This document shows positions 60,297 to 64,000 of a stretch of 64,000 nt of DNA, piece by piece. The position numbers and the translations under genes are program-made. The stretch comes from Azolla caroliniana (Eukaryota > Plantae > Polypodiophyta). The notes under the pieces were generated by a model. That model ran no database searches. It worked only from the letters and a program-made list of their open reading frames with translations, and had not been told where the DNA came from. The number at the start of each line of letters is the position of its first letter. The stretch's first letter is position 1. Location of the stretch: positions 5,952,001 to 6,016,000 of the forward strand of contig JBHGNT010000017.1 of NCBI GenBank assembly GCA_043228905.1. The letters are read 5' to 3'.

Positions 60297-60972
60297 AGTG
60301 GTTCTCTTTTGCTTTCTTCCTTCGTTAAGTGGGTTGCCTTCGAGTTTTCGACTACTCGAAATAGGCTTCAATCGTCGGTCGTATCCCCGGCAGCGGCGCC
60401 AAATAGATGTTAAGGATCTATGTATCGATGGAGTAAGCTCCTCGATGTCGTGGCGGGATTCGGACCGTCGTATACCCTCTTGATGGCGAATCGGGCGGAG
60501 ATGGTTGTCGGATACCTCCGAGCCTCACACTCACTCAACGATTAGTAAATGATTAAGCACGATATCTCTCTCACTCTCTCAAGCTCTCTCTCATAGACAA
60601 TAGATTAATAGATATAGACAATAAGAAGAAAGAGTATGTCTATTAACCCTCTTTGCTAAGAGGTCTAGCACCAACAAGGAGAGAGATTAGTGTTCTCTAA
60701 CTCAACACTTCACTAATCTCTCTTAAGCTCAAAGGTTACAAGAAGGAGGAGAGGAAGCTCTAGCTCTAATCAATAGGAGATCTTTACAAATGGGGGAACC
60801 CCCACAAAGCCACTACTATGTGGTTTATATAGCTTTCACGTTTAGGGTATGGGCCTTTCACATTTAGCCGTCTCTTTGCTCTCCTTTCCTCTTGCCGTTT
60901 CCTCTTCGTACTACGTCATTTTTGATGTGTTCTTATTCGTGACTGGTTGTGTTGTTATCCCAACGCTTAACA

Positions 60973-63148
60973 TATAGTCGTCGATGAAGGAGACGAAATA
61001 TCGACTCCCGGCAAGACTAACATTTTGTGCCGGTCCCCACACATCCGAATGGATTAGGTTGAGCTTGTTACAGCTCCGGTTACGTTTGGTAGGGAATGGA
61101 AGCCGGTGTTGCTTCCCGAGTTGGCAGGCTTCACATACTTGGGCCTTCCGGTCACTGAACTTCGACAAACCGAAAACAACTTGTTTCGTTTGCAGATCTT
61201 GAAGCCTCCGGTAATTGACGTGGCCTATTCGCTTGTGCCACAGGTTGATGTCCGATTTGACCATCTGTCCTTTTGCAAACAGAGCGGTGCCAACATCATT
61301 GGTGTCGAGGATAAACATCCTCCCGTCTCTGCGCCCTTGCGCAATAATCTGGCCCTCTTCCTTGATGAAGCACCCAAGGTGCGTAAACCGCACCTGCATC
61401 CCCTGGTCGACGATCTGTCCGACCGACACCAGGTTTTTCGTGATTGTCGAAACGTGTAATACGTTCATTAGCTTCCTCTTCTGTCTGACGTGGCTCAAAG
61501 GGACTTCTCTGATGTGCACGATTGGGTAAGGAGTGTCATCTCCGGTTTCGACTACTCGTTGATCCGGTTTCTCCAAAAAGGAGAACCACTCTTTGTGTCT
61601 CGTCATGTGGTTCGACACACCAGAATCAACACACCACACTTCCTTCGATTTGGAAATGGTCTCTTCATCGAGTTCGCCTCGTGCTTCATCACCAAGGTTG
61701 GCCCGTTACCGTTCTTGGATCCTCCCGATCCCTTCGCGTAGTGCGAGCTTTGCCGGCCTTGCCGGATCCGGATTTGTCCGAATCGGCTCATTTTCTCCAG
61801 CACTCGCTTTCTCTGTGGCCCTTTTTGCCACAGTACCAGCATTCCGTTGCTGACTTCTCTTGCCGTCTTCCGGTGTCGCCATGACTCCCCCTACCTGTGG
61901 GAGTCCCGGAACTATTGTTGGCACGTTCTCTGTGCCTTCGTTCTTGCTCTTGCCGGCCGCCTCCATTGCGTGCCGACCCGGCTCGTCCACCACGCCCATG
62001 GGACCGATCTGCCTCCGTGTATAGCATCCGGCTATTAGTGGGTGCGCTAGTTGACGCACCAGCGTGGTTCTCCTCTACAAGGAGCATCAACTGTAAGTCG
62101 AAAAATGACGGCGTATTCTCCCTTGTACACACCGCCATTTGGAACGCTCTAAACTTAGATGCCAAGCCCCCAAGACAGACCTGTACCATCTCATGTACCA
62201 TCTCATCTTCCTCTACGGTAACATTGATAGAGGCAAGCAAGTCATAGATCTCTTTGATCCGGGCCGTGTAGTCCGCCACCGACATGTCCTTCTATCGGAC
62301 ATTGCTCAACTCATGTCGGAGTTGCAGCTTCCGGGCTGTAGTGCTCGCGGCGAAAACCTTCTTCAGGTTCCCCCAAGCCTCCTTCATCGTCTTGGTGTCG
62401 AATGTGGCTCAGCAGTTGGTCTCCGACACTGGAAGCGAAGCAGTACATCACTTTGCTTGCCAATTGTTCCCACACTGGGAAGTCCTTATGTGCCGCATCA
62501 GGTGTTGTTTCATTGGCTCCTTCGACGAAACTCCAGTAGCCATGCCCAAGCAAGTACTGGTGCATCTTGTACGACCAAGATGCGTAGTTGGATCTGTCAA
62601 GTTTCTCCACAGGGAGCGAGCTAGCCATCCCTCTATCCATCACTTCTCTGTCTGTTGTTCTTACGACCTGTTAGGGTTTGCTTTCAAGCGTTTGTCGGCT
62701 GTAGAGGTTCTCAACCCTCGTGCTCTGATACCATGTAAATGATTACTTGCGGAAGGGTTAGAAAACAGAGAAAGCAGAGAATACACAAAGTACACGGGAG
62801 AGATAGAGAGAGCAGAACGTAAAAGCTATATTCAAAAACGATAAAAACACTCTGTGTATACAACTGTGCTCAATAGCACTATTTATACAAATCCTCGTGG
62901 GACTGACAAAAGTACCGCGTACTTCAATGTTCACACGAGCATCTAACACTTACTACGAGACTATAACTGCCTAGTAGTCTAAACTAATACTAGGCTTCCG
63001 GTTACCGATTGGATCCGGCTAACCGGCTCCCTAGCTCACCGGCTCTGTTGCTTGCCGGCTCGGTTGCTCACCGGCTTACCGATCCATCTCGCTTGCCGGC
63101 TCAGGCTTATCCAGCCAATTCAGCTCCAGTTGAGCTTGTCGCTCAATA
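60973..63148 (-). mobile_element. Degenerate Copia copy C: LTR 62734-63148, PBS, gag-PR-start of INT; interrupted by the Gypsy LTR
   Basis: PBS is the reverse complement of 62722-62733. 'EKLDRSNYASWSYKMHQY', 'CWYCGKKGHRESEC', 'WCVDSGVSNHMT' and 'HSDVWGPA...FIDDY'. Confidence 0.92.
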
Positions 63149-63476
63149 TGTTGTATTTCCGGATAACCGTCTGTGTATTCTATGCTTTGTCTAATGCTTC
63201 CACACGTAATCTTTTACATGGTATCAGAGCACAAGGGTTAGAAGAACCTTATTCCACTGACAAACTGAATCAACACAGAGATGAAGAGTTTTCATCCGAA
63301 CAATAGGAACATGGACAGAGGTATGGGAAGCTCACTTCCAACAAAAAAGCTCGATAGGAGTAACTATGCATCTTGCTCGTACAAGATGCACCAATACTTG
63401 ATTGGTCATGGATACTGGAGTTACGTCGAAGAAGTGAATGATGTAGCACCGAATGTGACACACAAGGACTTTCCGG
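63149..63476 (+). mobile_element. Copia copy D fragment (end of LTR, PBS, gag start); same subfamily as copy E
   Basis: Closely similar to 30025-30352. PBS at 63219-63230. Confidence 0.88.
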
Positions 63477-64000
63477 TGTCGTGAAAATCCGTCACTATGT
63501 GCGGATCGTGAGGCGGAACCATCGGGTTTATGGACGGGAAGGAATTAGGGCTTACACGCACAACACAATGAAGGCTTACACAATCAATATACGAGTATTC
63601 AAACCTGTTTGTGAAAAGGAGAGGTGCATGGACAAGCCCGAATCAACCCCTAGTCATAAGGCGAACGAATGCACATGAGGAAGGCTTACACACGGACACA
63701 CAAGGAAAAGGCTTACTTACACACACGAGAGACAGAGTTTCGAATGCCTTTGTGAAAAGAGAGGTGCATGGGCAAGCCCGAACGCTCCCTTGTTACAAAA
63801 CACGTGAACACACAAGCAAGGTTTATGTTGGGGACGAGGTCGTCTATGCGGAAGATCAAGAAGCATTCGATCCTTGCTGAGTACCTGCGTATGACAGAAT
63901 GTAGGTCGTTGCACAGAGAGAGAGAGAGAGAGAGAGACACACACACAAAAAGACTCTTTATTTCACAAAGCAATAATACAACACCCAACCTTACAAAAAG
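63477..64000 (-). mobile_element. LTR-like insertion running off the window
   Basis: Begins TGTCGTGAA exactly where Copia D similarity stops. Internal repeat TTTGTGAAAAG..GAGGTGCATGG.CAAGCCCGAA and a GA microsatellite. Confidence 0.55.

Larger units (their letters stand above)
50750..60972 (-). mobile_element. Ty3/Gypsy non-chromovirus-type LTR retrotransposon; 5' LTR 60408-60972, 3' LTR not present, left boundary uncertain
   Basis: LTR termini TGTTAAG...CTTAACA. PBS TGGCGCCGCTGCCGGGGA (reverse complement of 60384-60401, tRNA-Asp type). Domain order gag-PR-RT-RH-INT. Confidence 0.93.

Overview
Eukaryotic, transposon-dense plant nuclear DNA. The PLS-class PPR gene, Sola-like transposon and Asp-primed non-chromovirus Gypsy would fit a seed-free vascular plant such as a fern, but that assignment is inference. 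There are three apparently intact host genes: an intronless PLS-E class PPR gene (18600-20480) and two 7-exon tyrosine/nicotianamine-aminotransferase-family genes (21782-25078 and 42425-45702, minus strand), which lie in an ~8 kb segmental duplication. A decayed coiled-coil gene is also present. The rest is nested mobile DNA: at least seven Ty1/Copia copies (one intact, with apparently identical LTRs), a Ty3/Gypsy element, an Arg-primed LTR element with antisense ORFs, a Sola-like DDD DNA transposon with TIRs and a 4-bp TSD, and Ulp1- and MuDR-bearing remnants. The most notable oddities are a second aspartic-protease domain downstream of the Gypsy integrase, a palindrome array and possible divergent promoter inside the Sola-like element, LTR-like elements with GTG...CAC ends (one with a 6-bp TSD), two Copia copies interrupted at the same nucleotide, and replacement of one aminotransferase promoter by templated filler DNA. 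All calls were made by eye without database searches; coordinates marked ~ are approximate.
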